Assembly: GCA_963667255.1 (NCBI GenBank)
Contig: OY762940.1
Location: 928,001 to 992,000, forward strand
DNA from: Candidatus Cloacimonadota bacterium
GTDB taxonomy: Bacteria; Cloacimonadota; Cloacimonadia; G963667145
Direction: 5' to 3'
DNA: 64,000 nucleotides
This document shows positions 38,325 through 49,470 of this stretch, piece after piece (within the stretch, counting starts at the first letter, position 1; each line of letters begins with the position of its first letter). The notes beneath the pieces were generated by a model, which saw nothing but the letters and a program-made list of their open reading frames with translations, was not told the origin of the DNA and searched no databases. The position numbers and the translations under genes were made by a program.

Positions 38325-40667
38325 ATGTTTAGAGTTAATAAAAAAATTCATTATTCTTTAGGAACGGTCATTTTCTTTGTAGCTTTGGTCGTTTACACTT
38401 ACTGCCAGAGTCGCACCGTAAACTTTTGGGATTGCGGAGAGTTCATCCCGGGTTGCACTTTTTTGGGAGTGCCACATCCTCCGGGAAACCCTTTTTATGT
38501 CTTGTTGGGTAAGTTTCTCAAAGTCGTAACTTTTGGGCTTGTCGAGGACGCCATTCTGATTAATTTTTATTCTGGTTTGTTGTCGGCTTTTGCGGTTCTG
38601 CTCACCTATCTCATTGCTGTCAAACTTTGCAAGCTGATGTTTAGCAGGAGCGATGAGCAAATTTACGCTTATTTCATCGGTGTTATCGCTGCTCTGCTAT
38701 CGGCTTTTTCCAACTCTATTTGGGATAACGCCATCGAGGCGGAAGTTTACGGAGGAGCTTTGTTCTTCGTTAATCTCTGCATTTGGCTGACACTGGTGTG
38801 GAGAGAGAAGTATGCTGATTTGGGCGGACAAAATATTTTGCTCGTGATAGTTTACTTGCTTTTTCTTGGATTTAGTTTTCACCAAACCGCTTTACAGATA
38901 GTTCCGGCGATTTTGTTCGTGGCGATTTATCCCAAGATTCACGCCCACATTCATGATAACAATTTTTGGATTAAAGTAGGAATTTACGGGTTCTGTTTGT
39001 TGGCAGTTTTGTTGCTCGGTTACCCAATCGGCGAAGCTCTCGGTTTTGCGAGTTTATCCAAGCTATTATTCGGTTTGGCGGCATTTTGCTTGTTATACTA
39101 TTTCCTCAAAGAAGATGTTGGCAAAAGAGTTTGGATTTTGGGAGCAGTGCTTATTGTTTTGGGATTGTCGTGCCATGTATTGCTGATGATTAGAGCCGCA
39201 CAACTCCCGTATATCAACGAGTCTGACCCTGCAACTTGGAACGCTTTTGTTGATTTTATCTTGCGTAAACAATACGGTGGCTCAAACTTTATGCACAGAA
39301 ATTCGCCCATCGGCTATCAGATAAATTTCCATTTTATGCGATATTTCGGACAGCAGTTTTTTTACATTCCTTTCATTAGCAATCTTTTTAAAATGTCCAC
39401 GGGCGTTGTTACATTTTTAGTTCATTGGTTCATTTTTTTGGTTGGAGTAGCTGGTGCCGTTTTCCATTTCAGAACAAGCAAAAGGTCTTTTATTTACTTC
39501 TTCTCTTTTGTGTTTATGACGACTGTTGCGATGATAATCGTGATGAACCTTAGCGACCATGAGGTGAGAAACAGGCAGTATTTCTTTGCTTCCGCTTATA
39601 ATTTGTGGACGATTTGGATGGCTATGGGGCTTGTTTGGATTGCTTATTTGCTCAAGGAGAAGAAGGCGATTTCCACTATTGTTTTGGTTGCTTTGCTTGC
39701 TTTTCCGGTGGTCAATTTTGCTTCGATGTTTTATGTTCACAATCGTCATAACAACTACACGGCGATGGAGTATGCTTTCAATTTCCTCAACTCTTGCGAG
39801 GAGAATGCCATTCTCTTCACCAATGGCGACAACGATACATTTCCTCTGTGGTATGCACAGGCTTGCTACGACTCTTACAGCAAGAAGCACGAAGTTGTGC
39901 CTCCTGCTACCGGCGTAGTGCCCGACGAGCGGACGATGAAGAGATTGCTTAGCATCAAATCTCTGACCGAGGCTCAAAGGAAAGGTATTCGCCCAGATGT
40001 AGCGGTTGTCAATCTCAGTCTGATAAACACGCCGTGGTATATCAAGCAGATGCGAGACAAGGACGGTGTGATTTTCGGTTGGTCGGATTCGGAGATAGAC
40101 AGATTGCGACCATTTTATGTGCAAGAGGACAGGACTTTCCGTTTGTATGATGAGGAAAGCGGGAAGGTTTTGCTCTCTACCAAGATTGCCAAAGGTCAGG
40201 TGATGTATGTTCGCGATTTGGCTATTTTGCAGATTATTAAGAACAATTTTGGCAAGCGACCCATCTACTTTGCATCCACCTCTTCCAACGATGTGCTTTT
40301 CCACGAGCATTGGCAAGACGAGGGATTTGTGCAAAGAGTTGTCGTCAATCCCGACGAAAAGTTGGGCTTGCAAAGAGCTATAAATAACCTCTTGAATGTT
40401 TGCATGATTGAGAGTTTCGAGGACAAATCTTATCACAAAGATTCCGATGTTTCCAGAATGAGCAATTTCGTGGCGAATGTTTTCTATAGAACGCATGTCA
40501 ATTTGGCGTCCAAAACATCCAATTTAGAATTAGCCGGAGTGATGATTGATAAAGCCGTTTCTCTTTCCACAGGGGAATACAACAGAGCGTTTTCTCATCA
40601 AAAAGAGTTGTTCCAAAACTATGTCAGACAACTGGAGAGTCAAAACGCAGTGAGTGGAGACAAATAA
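38325..40667 (+). CDS. DUF2723/TMEM260-like GT-C glycosyltransferase
   Basis: FWDCGEF, HPPGNP, EAEVY, NGDNDTFPLWY. Confidence 0.88.
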   Translation: MFRVNKKIHYSLGTVIFFVALVVYTYCQSRTVNFWDCGEFIPGCTFLGVPHPPGNPFYVLLGKFLKVVTFGLVEDAILINFYSGLLSAFAVLLTYLIAVKLCKLMFSRSDEQIYAYFIGVIAALLSAFSNSIWDNAIEAEVYGGALFFVNLCIWLTLVWREKYADLGGQNILLVIVYLLFLGFSFHQTALQIVPAILFVAIYPKIHAHIHDNNFWIKVGIYGFCLLAVLLLGYPIGEALGFASLSKLLFGLAAFCLLYYFLKEDVGKRVWILGAVLIVLGLSCHVLLMIRAAQLPYINESDPATWNAFVDFILRKQYGGSNFMHRNSPIGYQINFHFMRYFGQQFFYIPFISNLFKMSTGVVTFLVHWFIFLVGVAGAVFHFRTSKRSFIYFFSFVFMTTVAMIIVMNLSDHEVRNRQYFFASAYNLWTIWMAMGLVWIAYLLKEKKAISTIVLVALLAFPVVNFASMFYVHNRHNNYTAMEYAFNFLNSCEENAILFTNGDNDTFPLWYAQACYDSYSKKHEVVPPATGVVPDERTMKRLLSIKSLTEAQRKGIRPDVAVVNLSLINTPWYIKQMRDKDGVIFGWSDSEIDRLRPFYVQEDRTFRLYDEESGKVLLSTKIAKGQVMYVRDLAILQIIKNNFGKRPIYFASTSSNDVLFHEHWQDEGFVQRVVVNPDEKLGLQRAINNLLNVCMIESFEDKSYHKDSDVSRMSNFVANVFYRTHVNLASKTSNLELAGVMIDKAVSLSTGEYNRAFSHQKELFQNYVRQLESQNAVSGDK

Positions 40668-43303
40668 TGGAAAAGTCTTATAACCCCAAGGATATTGAGA
40701 AGAGATGGTATGAGATTTGGCAGAAGAATGGATATTTTTCGCCTAAACCTGATAAGAGCAAAAAGCCGTTTACTATCTTGATGCCTCCGCCCAATGTGAC
40801 GGGTGTTTTGCATATGGGGCATGTCCTGAACAACACACTGCAAGATATTTTAATTCGCTACAAACGAATGGACGGTTTCAACGCTCTGTGGGTGCCGGGA
40901 ACTGACCATGCGGGGATTGCCACTCAAAATATGGTGGAAAAAGATTTGGCGAAAGAGGGCAAGAACCGTTTTGATTTGGGTAGAGAAAAACTTGTGGAGA
41001 GGATTTGGAAGTGGAAGGAGGACAAAGGCGGAATAATCTTGGAGCAATTGAAACAGCTCGGTTGCTCGTGCGATTGGTCTCGCTTGCGATTTACTATGGA
41101 CGAGGGTCTCTCCGAGGCTGTGAAAGAGGTTTTCATTCGGCTTTATGAAAAGGGCTTGATTTATAAAGGGAAGAGGATTATAAACTGGTGTCCTCGTTGC
41201 ACTACGGCGTTGGCGAACGATGAAGTTGAGCATGAGGAAGAGGCTTCCAAATTATACGAAGTTTATTATCCATTGGCTGATGGCAGTGGCAGAGTGACCA
41301 TAGCTACCACCAGACCAGAGACGATGATGGCGGATGTTGCTATCGCTGTAAATCCAAACGATGAGCGATACAAAGATTTGATTGGCAAGGAAGTTGTGTT
41401 GCCGATAGTTCACAAAAATATTCCGATTATTGCCGACGAATATGTCGATATGTCTTTTGGAACGGGTTGTCTCAAGATTACACCTGCTCACGATCCCAAC
41501 GATTTTGAAATCGGACAAAAGCACAATTTGGATTTTGTGAGCATTATCGATGAATGTGGAAATATGACTGCGGATGCGGGTAAAGAGTTTGCAGGGTTGA
41601 GCAGAGAAGAGGCGAGAGACAAGGTTTTGGAGATGCTCAAGGACGAGGGTGTTTTTTGCAGTGAAAAAGATTATCCGCACACAGTCGGGAAATGTTATCG
41701 CTGTGGCACGATTATTGAGCCGTTTTTGTCTGACCAATGGTTTGTGAGCATGGAGCCGTTGGCTGAGCCTGCTATCGAGAAGGTAAAGAGTGGGGAGATA
41801 GATTTTCAGCCGAGCAGATGGACGAAAGTTTATTTGCACTGGATGGAGAATGTTCGCGACTGGTGTATCTCTCGACAAATATGGTGGGGACACAGGATTC
41901 CCGCTTACTATTGTGAAGATTGCGGGAAGTTGGTAGTTGCCAAATCTGTTCCCGATGAATGTTCGGCTTGCGGGTGCAAAAAATTTACGCAAGATGAAGA
42001 TGTTTTGGACACTTGGTTTTCATCAGCTTTGTGGCCATTTTCTACTCTCGGTTGGCCTGAGGACAGCGAAGATTTGCAATACTATTTGCCGACCGGCACT
42101 TTGATTACCGCTCCTGAGATTATTTACCTTTGGGTTGCCAGAATGATAATGACAACTTTGGAGTTCAAGAAGGTTGTTCCGTTCGACACGGTGTTGCTGC
42201 ATGGCATAGTTCGTGATGAGATTGGGCAAAAGATGAGCAAGTCGCTCGGCAACTCTCCCAATCCACTTGATTTGATAGAGCAGGTTGGAGCGGACGCTTT
42301 GCGTTTTGCGATAGTGTATCACACTCCCAAGGGCGAGGACAGCTATTACTCGGACAAGATTTTGGAGACAGGACGGAATTTTACCAATAAGCTCTGGAAC
42401 GCAACTCGCTATATTTTGCAGGGGATAGAGCAATCTCCGTCCAAAAACAACCTGCAACTTGAGTTAGCCGACAAATGGATTTTGGGTAGGTTCAATCAGG
42501 TTTTGGAGCTTGTTCGTTACAACTACGAGAAGTTGCGATTTAATGATGTTGCCGCTTCGATGCTCGATTTTGTGTGGAAAGAGTTTTGTTCGTGGTATTT
42601 GGAGTTATCCAAAGAGAGAATTTATGGTCAGGTCGCTACACGCAAAAATACCGCTCAATTTGTTCTGTTGCAGATTATGCAAGGTTCGATGAGGATGTTG
42701 CACCCGATAATGCCGTTTATTACTGAGGAGATTTTCGAGAGAATCAGACCGTTTATGAGTGACGATTTGGAAGAGTCTATTACGATTTCCGAATTTCCAA
42801 AAGTAGATAACAGCTTGATAGATGAGGCTATTATCAAAGGTATGAGTTTGATTCAGGGGAGCATTACCACGATTAGAAATTTGAAAAAGCAGGTCAATCT
42901 CTCTCCGGGGAAAGAGGTCAAAGTTTATATAAAGGTTTCCGAAAATGAGAAGGTCTCGCTTTTTGAGGAGTATAAGCAATATTTGCAATCTTTGGCAAAT
43001 TGTTCGGAGTTGGTGGTGGCAGTTGATATGGAGAAGCCGGCACACTCTATAGCCGGAGTGATGGAAGGCGTGGAGATTTATTTGCCACTTGCAGGGATGG
43101 TCGATTTGCAAGCGGAAAGGGAAAAATTGCAAAAGCAACTCGTCAAACTGGAGAAGGAGTTCAAGGTGATTTCGGGCAAGTTGAACAACGAGAAGTTTGT
43201 TAATTCTGCACCTGCGGAGATAGTCGCCAAAGAGAAAGAGAAATACGACGAAGTGAAAGGGAAGATGGACAAAGTCGAGGAACTCTTGCAAGGGCTGGAG
43301 TAG
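40667..43303 (+). CDS. valS: Valine--tRNA ligase
   Basis: PPPNVTGVLHMGH, DWCISRQIWWGH, KMSKS, C-terminal coiled coil. Confidence 0.97.
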   Translation: MEKSYNPKDIEKRWYEIWQKNGYFSPKPDKSKKPFTILMPPPNVTGVLHMGHVLNNTLQDILIRYKRMDGFNALWVPGTDHAGIATQNMVEKDLAKEGKNRFDLGREKLVERIWKWKEDKGGIILEQLKQLGCSCDWSRLRFTMDEGLSEAVKEVFIRLYEKGLIYKGKRIINWCPRCTTALANDEVEHEEEASKLYEVYYPLADGSGRVTIATTRPETMMADVAIAVNPNDERYKDLIGKEVVLPIVHKNIPIIADEYVDMSFGTGCLKITPAHDPNDFEIGQKHNLDFVSIIDECGNMTADAGKEFAGLSREEARDKVLEMLKDEGVFCSEKDYPHTVGKCYRCGTIIEPFLSDQWFVSMEPLAEPAIEKVKSGEIDFQPSRWTKVYLHWMENVRDWCISRQIWWGHRIPAYYCEDCGKLVVAKSVPDECSACGCKKFTQDEDVLDTWFSSALWPFSTLGWPEDSEDLQYYLPTGTLITAPEIIYLWVARMIMTTLEFKKVVPFDTVLLHGIVRDEIGQKMSKSLGNSPNPLDLIEQVGADALRFAIVYHTPKGEDSYYSDKILETGRNFTNKLWNATRYILQGIEQSPSKNNLQLELADKWILGRFNQVLELVRYNYEKLRFNDVAASMLDFVWKEFCSWYLELSKERIYGQVATRKNTAQFVLLQIMQGSMRMLHPIMPFITEEIFERIRPFMSDDLEESITISEFPKVDNSLIDEAIIKGMSLIQGSITTIRNLKKQVNLSPGKEVKVYIKVSENEKVSLFEEYKQYLQSLANCSELVVAVDMEKPAHSIAGVMEGVEIYLPLAGMVDLQAEREKLQKQLVKLEKEFKVISGKLNNEKFVNSAPAEIVAKEKEKYDEVKGKMDKVEELLQGLE

Positions 43304-44476
43304 AGAAATTATTTTTTATTTGGTGGAGTTTTAATGATTTTAAAGCATAAAGATATTGATATACCCTCAAAAAATCCTTTTTTAAATTGTAAATTGGATA
43401 GAGAAAAGTATGCTAAATCACTGACTTCTGTTATTGAAACCTATGCCGATGGATTTGTTTTGGCTGTTGATAATAAATGGGGTGCTGGTAAAACAACTTT
43501 CATCAAGATGTGGAAAAAGTATCTTGAAAAAGAGTTCAAAACTTTGTATTTTAATGCTTGGGAAAATGATGCAGAGGGAGAAGCTTTACCAGCTCTTTTA
43601 GCTGAACTATCCTCTCTTGATACTGACGGGGAAAATAAAAAAGATTTTGAGAATGTAAAAAATATAGCTGTAAAGCTTTTCAAAAGAGCTATTCCTTTGC
43701 TTGTTAAATCACTAGCAAAAAAATATCTTGATAATGAAGAATTTTCTAAGATTTTCGGAGAAGCTGCAGAAGATTTTTTATCTGAACAAATTTCTGAATA
43801 CAACGATAAAAAAGAAAATTTGGAAGAATTTAAAGAAAAGTTGGGTGGATACGTTAAGGAGATTGGTGGGAATAAGCCTATTGTATTTTTTATTGATGAG
43901 TTAGATAGATGTCGTCCTAATTATGCGATAGAAGTTTTAGAAAAAATTAAGCATTTTTTTGAAGTTCCCGGTATTGTTTTTGTGCTATCAATTGATAAAG
44001 AGCAGTTGGGTCATGCTGTTTGTGGATACTATGGAAGTGATAAGATTGACTCTGATGAGTATCTACGCAGATTTATAGATTTGGAATTTTCCTTGCCTAA
44101 ACCCGATAAAGATAAGTGGGTTGATTATTTATTTGACTATTTTAGCATAAACGAATATTTACAACAAAACGATATTGGAATATTTATAAATAGATTTTTA
44201 AATTATAAAAATTTACCTCTGCGTGTTGAAGAAAAAATTCTTTCACGACTCAGTATTGTTTTAAAATCATTGGGTAAAAATCGACATAATTATCCTTCTG
44301 TGGTCTTTTTTTTACTTTATCTTAAACACTTTTATAATGATTTATATATTGAAATAGTTGAAGGTAAGCTTACATTGCAAGAATTGGTTGATAAAATTGA
44401 AGATAACAAATTAGAATTTGCAAATATTCATAATAATACCTCGTCCTGAAAAAAGTGGACTCTATTTGGAGGAAAC

Positions 44477-44863
44477 TTGGACAAAAGAGAGAAAACTTTT
44501 AGATATTCAAAAGCTTTCAGAAATGAGGTTCTAAAGAATGTCAAAAACAAAAAATTGACGGTTTTGGAAGCGGGTAAATATTATGGAGTGGGATTTCCAA
44601 CTATTTATCGATGGTTGAAAAAAGCTAATTATGACACGCCCTGTAAGGAGGTAATTTTTGTGAAACTATCAGATCAGCACTCTGCTTTGCAAGAGATTGA
44701 GGAATTAAAAAAAGAGAATCGTGCTTTAAAAGAGGCTGTGAGCAAGTTAACGCTCGATAAATTGTGCCTTGAAAAGTGTGTAGAAATTGGTGAGCGGGAC
44801 TTTGGTATGGAATTAAAAAAAAAGCCCGAAGTACAGGAATTGAGGAAATCAGGCAGAAAATAG
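44477..44863 (+). CDS. IS3 OrfA (HTH plus leucine zipper)
   Basis: YSKAFR...TIYRW...ELKKENRALK; A9G slippery site at 44815-44824. Confidence 0.9.
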   Translation: MDKREKTFRYSKAFRNEVLKNVKNKKLTVLEAGKYYGVGFPTIYRWLKKANYDTPCKEVIFVKLSDQHSALQEIEELKKENRALKEAVSKLTLDKLCLEKCVEIGERDFGMELKKKPEVQELRKSGRK

Positions 44864-45708
44864 TGGAGAAAAAGTTCCCTTTCAAAATGAATTCAGTTTG
44901 TCAATGGTTTGGGATTAGTAAATCAGGTTTTTATAAAAAGAAGAAGCACATCGAAAAATCAAAGAAATTTGAAGATGAGATTTGCTTGCATATAAATGCG
45001 TTACGCAAATTTGGACTTATGTGTGGAGCAAGAAAAACCAAGATTCATTTAAAGGAAGATTTTGATATTATTGTGGGTCGAGATAAATTGTTTGATATTA
45101 TGAGGGGAAACGATTTACAAAGTAAATTTATTCGGAAAAAGGTTCAGCATTCCAGTGGTGTTAAGCAAATTTTTGATAATATGTTAACCGATGAATTTAA
45201 AAAATCAGTTACAAAATTTGGGCAAGTAATCGTGACAGATATTACTTATATTAAACTGCCTGATAATAAGTTCTGTTACGTTAGTTTGGTTACGGATTTG
45301 GCTACCAGAAAAATTTTGGGTTATAATGTGGCTCAAACTCTTTTGGCTGAAGAGTCGGTTAAGGTTATGCGGAAGACATTGAAAAAATATAAGTTGCCTA
45401 AAGATTGCATACATCATAGTGACAAAGGAGTGCAATATACAAGCAAATTATACACTGATTTTTTGAAGAAAAATAATTTTAGAATAAGTATGACAGGCTC
45501 AGGAAAATGTTACGATAATGCTTGTGCAGAGCGAGTTTTTAATACTTTGAAGAACGAATTTGGTTTTAATGCTGTTTTTTCAAGTTTGAAGGAAGTGCGA
45601 AGAGAGTTGAAGAATTTTGTTGATATTTATAACAATAGACGATATCATATGAGTTTGGATTATAGAACACCACAAAGTGTGTTTTTGGAGATGCAGAAAG
45701 CTGCATAA
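44863..45708 (+). CDS. IS3 OrfB DDE transposase (-1 frame)
   Basis: VTDITYI, HHSDKGVQY, DNACAERVFNTLKNE. Confidence 0.93.
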   Translation: MEKKFPFKMNSVCQWFGISKSGFYKKKKHIEKSKKFEDEICLHINALRKFGLMCGARKTKIHLKEDFDIIVGRDKLFDIMRGNDLQSKFIRKKVQHSSGVKQIFDNMLTDEFKKSVTKFGQVIVTDITYIKLPDNKFCYVSLVTDLATRKILGYNVAQTLLAEESVKVMRKTLKKYKLPKDCIHHSDKGVQYTSKLYTDFLKKNNFRISMTGSGKCYDNACAERVFNTLKNEFGFNAVFSSLKEVRRELKNFVDIYNNRRYHMSLDYRTPQSVFLEMQKAA

Positions 45709-45998
45709 TTAATAAAAAACTGAGTCCACTATTTTAGGACTGGACATAATTATGATATTAGAGTTTTTGTTTTTGTTGAAGCTTGTTTAGTTGCCCTTTA
45801 TTTTAATGAGTTTGATTTAGATTTTTCACTCATTGATAATCTTGATTCTAAATTAGAATCTAATTTTTTAAATGAAAAAAGGCTAACATCTCTTATAAAA
45901 AATCTTATTAAAGAATTTTTAAATCTTAAGACATTTGTAGAGAGGATAGATTTTGTGTATGGTTTAAATATTGATAACTAATTATTTGAAAATTTAAA

Positions 45999-46772
45999 AT
46001 GAATTTAAATAAAAATATGAAAACTAATTTTAAACTTCCCCGTATTTATTTGTATTTGTTTGTCTATCTTTCTATCTCTCTTTGGGGATTTGTGTGGTAT
46101 CGCAATCTCAAAAAGCGCCGCTTATTTTTCATCAAAACCACTTCCAAATGGGCAAGGTTTGCTTTAAAATTTATGAACTTCGAGGTAGAGGTTGTCGGGC
46201 AAGAGAATGTCCCAGAATTTGGCGGGAATTTCTTCGTTTGCAATCATTTATCTTATTTGGATATTCCCATTATTGCCTCTGTGGTTCCGACTCTTTTCAT
46301 CACTTCCGTTGATTTGAAAATCCATTTATTTCAAGCGTTAATAGCAACCATGGGCGGGAGCTTATTCATCGAGAGGCGAAACAAAACAAGGTTGCTTGCG
46401 GACATTCAGGCTACAAAAAATGTTTTGGACAGTGGACTTCCGATTTTGCTTTTCCCCGAAGGGACGACTTCCGATGGTGTTACCGTGAAAAATTTCAAGG
46501 CTTCTATGTTTGAATCGGCTGTAGATACTCGGGTAGTCCCGATTTGCATCAAATATTTGCAAGTCAACGGTCAGAGCGTTGATGACACCAATAAACAATC
46601 TCTTTACTATTACGGCAAAGTCCGCTTTATCAATCATTTCAAGGGTTTGGTCAATATCAACAATGTCAAGGCTCGTATCAGCTTTTTGCCTGCAATAGAC
46701 GGACATATCAATCGGAAAACGAGTTGTAGCTATTGCCGAGAAAAAATTTTACACGAATATTTGGCAAATTAG
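45999..46772 (+). CDS. Lysophospholipid acyltransferase (PlsC/OlsA-like)
   Basis: NHLSYLD, FIER, FPEGTT; alternative start at 46017. Confidence 0.88.
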   Translation: MNLNKNMKTNFKLPRIYLYLFVYLSISLWGFVWYRNLKKRRLFFIKTTSKWARFALKFMNFEVEVVGQENVPEFGGNFFVCNHLSYLDIPIIASVVPTLFITSVDLKIHLFQALIATMGGSLFIERRNKTRLLADIQATKNVLDSGLPILLFPEGTTSDGVTVKNFKASMFESAVDTRVVPICIKYLQVNGQSVDDTNKQSLYYYGKVRFINHFKGLVNINNVKARISFLPAIDGHINRKTSCSYCREKILHEYLAN

Positions 46773-46777
46773 CTTTG

Positions 46778-47128
46778 CTAAAAGAAATTTTTCAGATGTT
46801 GAATTGAATATTTTTTTAACTGCTTTTCATAAGTGATTGCAAGCAAATCAAATCGCAGGGGATGGTTTTCAAATTGCGGATTTTGTTCCAGAAATTCTTG
46901 GGCGGTCAGCTTTATCTTTTCAGCCTTCTTGTAGTCAACGCTCTCGATGGCAGTCATGATGTTTTTTGCCCTGTAACGCACCTCCACGAAACACAGACAG
47001 TCCTCATCAATGGCGATAATATCTATCTCCCCTTGTCGTGTAAAGAAGTTGCTGGAGACAAGCGTAATCCCCTTATCTTCTAGAAAATTTCTTGCAATTT
47101 TTTCGTATTTTGCACCCTTGTCATTCAT
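46778..47128 (-). CDS. yraN: YraN/UPF0102 family nuclease-fold protein
   Basis: Start ATG 47128; G..YE..A, GEIDII, FVEVRYR, RFD. Confidence 0.88.
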   Translation of the reverse strand: MNDKGAKYEKIARNFLEDKGITLVSSNFFTRQGEIDIIAIDEDCLCFVEVRYRAKNIMTAIESVDYKKAEKIKLTAQEFLEQNPQFENHPLRFDLLAITYEKQLKKYSIQHLKNFF

Positions 47129-47172
47129 GGAAATTAGAGTTGAGTTGGACTCGGAAGAGGTCAAGGAATTTG

Positions 47173-49470
47173 ATGAAGAAAGATATGACAGCTGAGCGAT
47201 ATTGGGAAAAGGCTTTAGATTTTGGGAAATTGAAAGCGTTAATCGAAAAGCGAATCCATAGTCAAATCGGCAAGTTGCACTTTGGCGAATTAGCTCCGTT
47301 GGGCAAAAGCGAATTAATCGTTGCTCGGCAGTCTTTTATTTCACAAATTTGTTCCTATATTTCCGCAGTGAGCAGAGCAAGATTTGACGGGTTGGAAGAT
47401 GCCTCCAAACTGTTGGAACGCCCGCAGGTGCTGAATTTCGAGCAATTGCAGAGAATTAAGCAAATTTGTGTTTTATCCGCAAGGCTGACAGATGAGTGGG
47501 AGCACTTGGAAGAGTTGGAGAAAGCGGATATTTTGCTTGTGGGAGAGGAGATTGTTCAGCTCTCCAAACTGCAATTTATCACGGATAAATTCAATCGCAT
47601 TTTTGATAATCACGGCAATGTGAGGGAGTCCGCCAGCAAGAAATTGACAGGGATTTGTTCTCATAAAAGGTCGCTAACTTCCCAGATTAACAGCTACTTG
47701 GAGCAGGCTTACATAAATTCCGACCAAGATTTCGTGGCTTATCAAGATGGTCGGATTTTGCTCTTGGCTTCCGCTTCGGACAGAGTGAATGGAATCGTGC
47801 ATGGTCGTAGTGGTAGCAAGGCTTCCGTCTATGTTGAGCCGCAGGAGATAGTCGGTCAAAACAACTCTTTGCAAGATTTGAGAAGTCAGGAGTTGCGGGA
47901 AATCAATCGAATTTTGGAGGAATTTTGCAAGGAGATTTTCGATTTGCGGTTTGAGATTCTCTCTAATCAAAACATTTTGGCGAAATTGGATTTCTATTTT
48001 GGACTGGGAGAGTTTAGCATTGAGTTGGGTTGCAGAGCTGTGGAGATAGCGGAGCAACCGATTTTGGATTTCAAGAACGCTTATCATCCTTTGCTAAAAA
48101 TGGATTTAGGGCAAAAATGCATTCCGTTTTGTGCGGAGATTGGACAAGAAAATTGTTCATACTTGGTAGTTTCCGGAGCTAATGCCGGTGGGAAAACAAT
48201 TTTTTTGAAAAGTGTCGGGCTTTTGGCTTTGATGGTTAATTGTGGTTTGCTTATTCCCGCTGATTCCGATTCCAAGGTCGGAGTTTTCCGCAAGTTTTTT
48301 GTGGGCATTGGTGATATGCAATCGCTTGATAATCAACTGTCTTCGTTCTCAGGATATATGCTCAATCTGAAAAAAACACTCCAATACAGTGGAGCAGGTT
48401 CTTTGGTTTTGTTCGACGAGCTTGGCTCTTACACCGATCCTGACCAAGGGTTCGCTTTGGGAGCTGCGAGTTTGGAGTCGCTCTGTGTCAACGGTAGTGT
48501 TGGCGTTATTACCACTCATCTGAACAAGCTGAAACTTTTCGCCCACAATAGCGACAATTGTCAAAACGCTTCCATGAGTTTTGATAGCTCTACTCACTTA
48601 CCGACATTTCATTTGCAGATAGGCTCTCCTGCGGATAGTCACGCTTTGGAATTGGCTACTAATCTCCATTTTTCGCCGTCTATCTTGAAGCGAGCGAGGG
48701 AATTATTGGATGATGAGAGTTTGCTGTTTTCCAATTTGTTGTCCGAATTGGGCAAGGAGAAGAGTTCTTGGCAACTAAAAAATGAGAAGCTGTCCAAAAC
48801 ATTGCAAGAGTCGGAAAAGCTGATGAAAGACTATTTGGCGAAGTTGGACTATTTCAAGCGAAACGAGAAAAAAATTCACAAAGAACAGTTGGCTAAAGTT
48901 AAAAGCCATTTTGAAAATTTGCAGAAAGAGTTCAGTTTGAAATTGGCTGAAGCCAAGAAGAACAATCGATTTGACAAGCTGGTCGATAAATCGGCAGATA
49001 TAGTTAGGCGACTTCAGGAGCAGGAGTTTAGCGAAGAGCGAAGTCTGAGCGAAGTTCAAGTTGGGGATGTGGTTTTCGTTAAATCGTTTGCTGACAACGG
49101 CAAAGTGGTTTCTGTCGATGGAGAACAGATTAAGGTGGAGATTGGCAGGCTGCTTGTTTCGTGCAAATTGCCAGAGCTGTATTTGGCAAGAGGGAAGAAG
49201 CGAGAGAATGCTCCGCAAAGACAAAGGGTTATCTTGTCCCAAGCTAAAAGAGAGTTAAATTTGTTGGGCAAAACTTTCTTGGAGGCTCAAGCCGAGATTG
49301 ACAATTTTATCGATGATGCACTCTTGTCTGGCTTGGAGTTCGTGCGGATTGTTCACGGCAAAGGCGTGTTAGCCGGCAAGGTCAGAGACTATTTGCATTC
49401 CAAAAAAATAGAATACACCGTCCCCGAGGAAAAATTCGGTGGAGACGGTGTAAGCGAAGTTAATCTTTAA
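47173..49470 (+). CDS. mutS2: MutS2 (Smr-domain) protein
   Basis: HPLL, GANAGGKT, LSSFS, DELGSYTDP, TTH, Smr IVHGKG. Confidence 0.92.
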   Translation: MKKDMTAERYWEKALDFGKLKALIEKRIHSQIGKLHFGELAPLGKSELIVARQSFISQICSYISAVSRARFDGLEDASKLLERPQVLNFEQLQRIKQICVLSARLTDEWEHLEELEKADILLVGEEIVQLSKLQFITDKFNRIFDNHGNVRESASKKLTGICSHKRSLTSQINSYLEQAYINSDQDFVAYQDGRILLLASASDRVNGIVHGRSGSKASVYVEPQEIVGQNNSLQDLRSQELREINRILEEFCKEIFDLRFEILSNQNILAKLDFYFGLGEFSIELGCRAVEIAEQPILDFKNAYHPLLKMDLGQKCIPFCAEIGQENCSYLVVSGANAGGKTIFLKSVGLLALMVNCGLLIPADSDSKVGVFRKFFVGIGDMQSLDNQLSSFSGYMLNLKKTLQYSGAGSLVLFDELGSYTDPDQGFALGAASLESLCVNGSVGVITTHLNKLKLFAHNSDNCQNASMSFDSSTHLPTFHLQIGSPADSHALELATNLHFSPSILKRARELLDDESLLFSNLLSELGKEKSSWQLKNEKLSKTLQESEKLMKDYLAKLDYFKRNEKKIHKEQLAKVKSHFENLQKEFSLKLAEAKKNNRFDKLVDKSADIVRRLQEQEFSEERSLSEVQVGDVVFVKSFADNGKVVSVDGEQIKVEIGRLLVSCKLPELYLARGKKRENAPQRQRVILSQAKRELNLLGKTFLEAQAEIDNFIDDALLSGLEFVRIVHGKGVLAGKVRDYLHSKKIEYTVPEEKFGGDGVSEVNL

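Larger units (their letters stand above)
44437..45746 (+). mobile_element. IS3-family insertion sequence, 1310 bp
   Basis: IRL TACCTCGTCCTGAAAAAAGTGGACTC, IRR GAGTCCACTATTTTAGGACTGGACA, 3-bp TAA direct repeat, orfA/orfB. Confidence 0.93.
43334..45981 (+). pseudogene. KAP-family P-loop NTPase interrupted by an IS3-family element
   Basis: KWGAGKTT, FNAWEND, IDELDRCRP, YLRRFID. The frame resumes after the IS (45750-45981), giving about 444 aa when reconstructed. Confidence 0.88.

Noticed and set aside
39417..40496. 359-aa minus-strand ORF, and similar antisense ORFs over feoB, valS and topA
   Set aside because: Shadow frames of well-supported genes.
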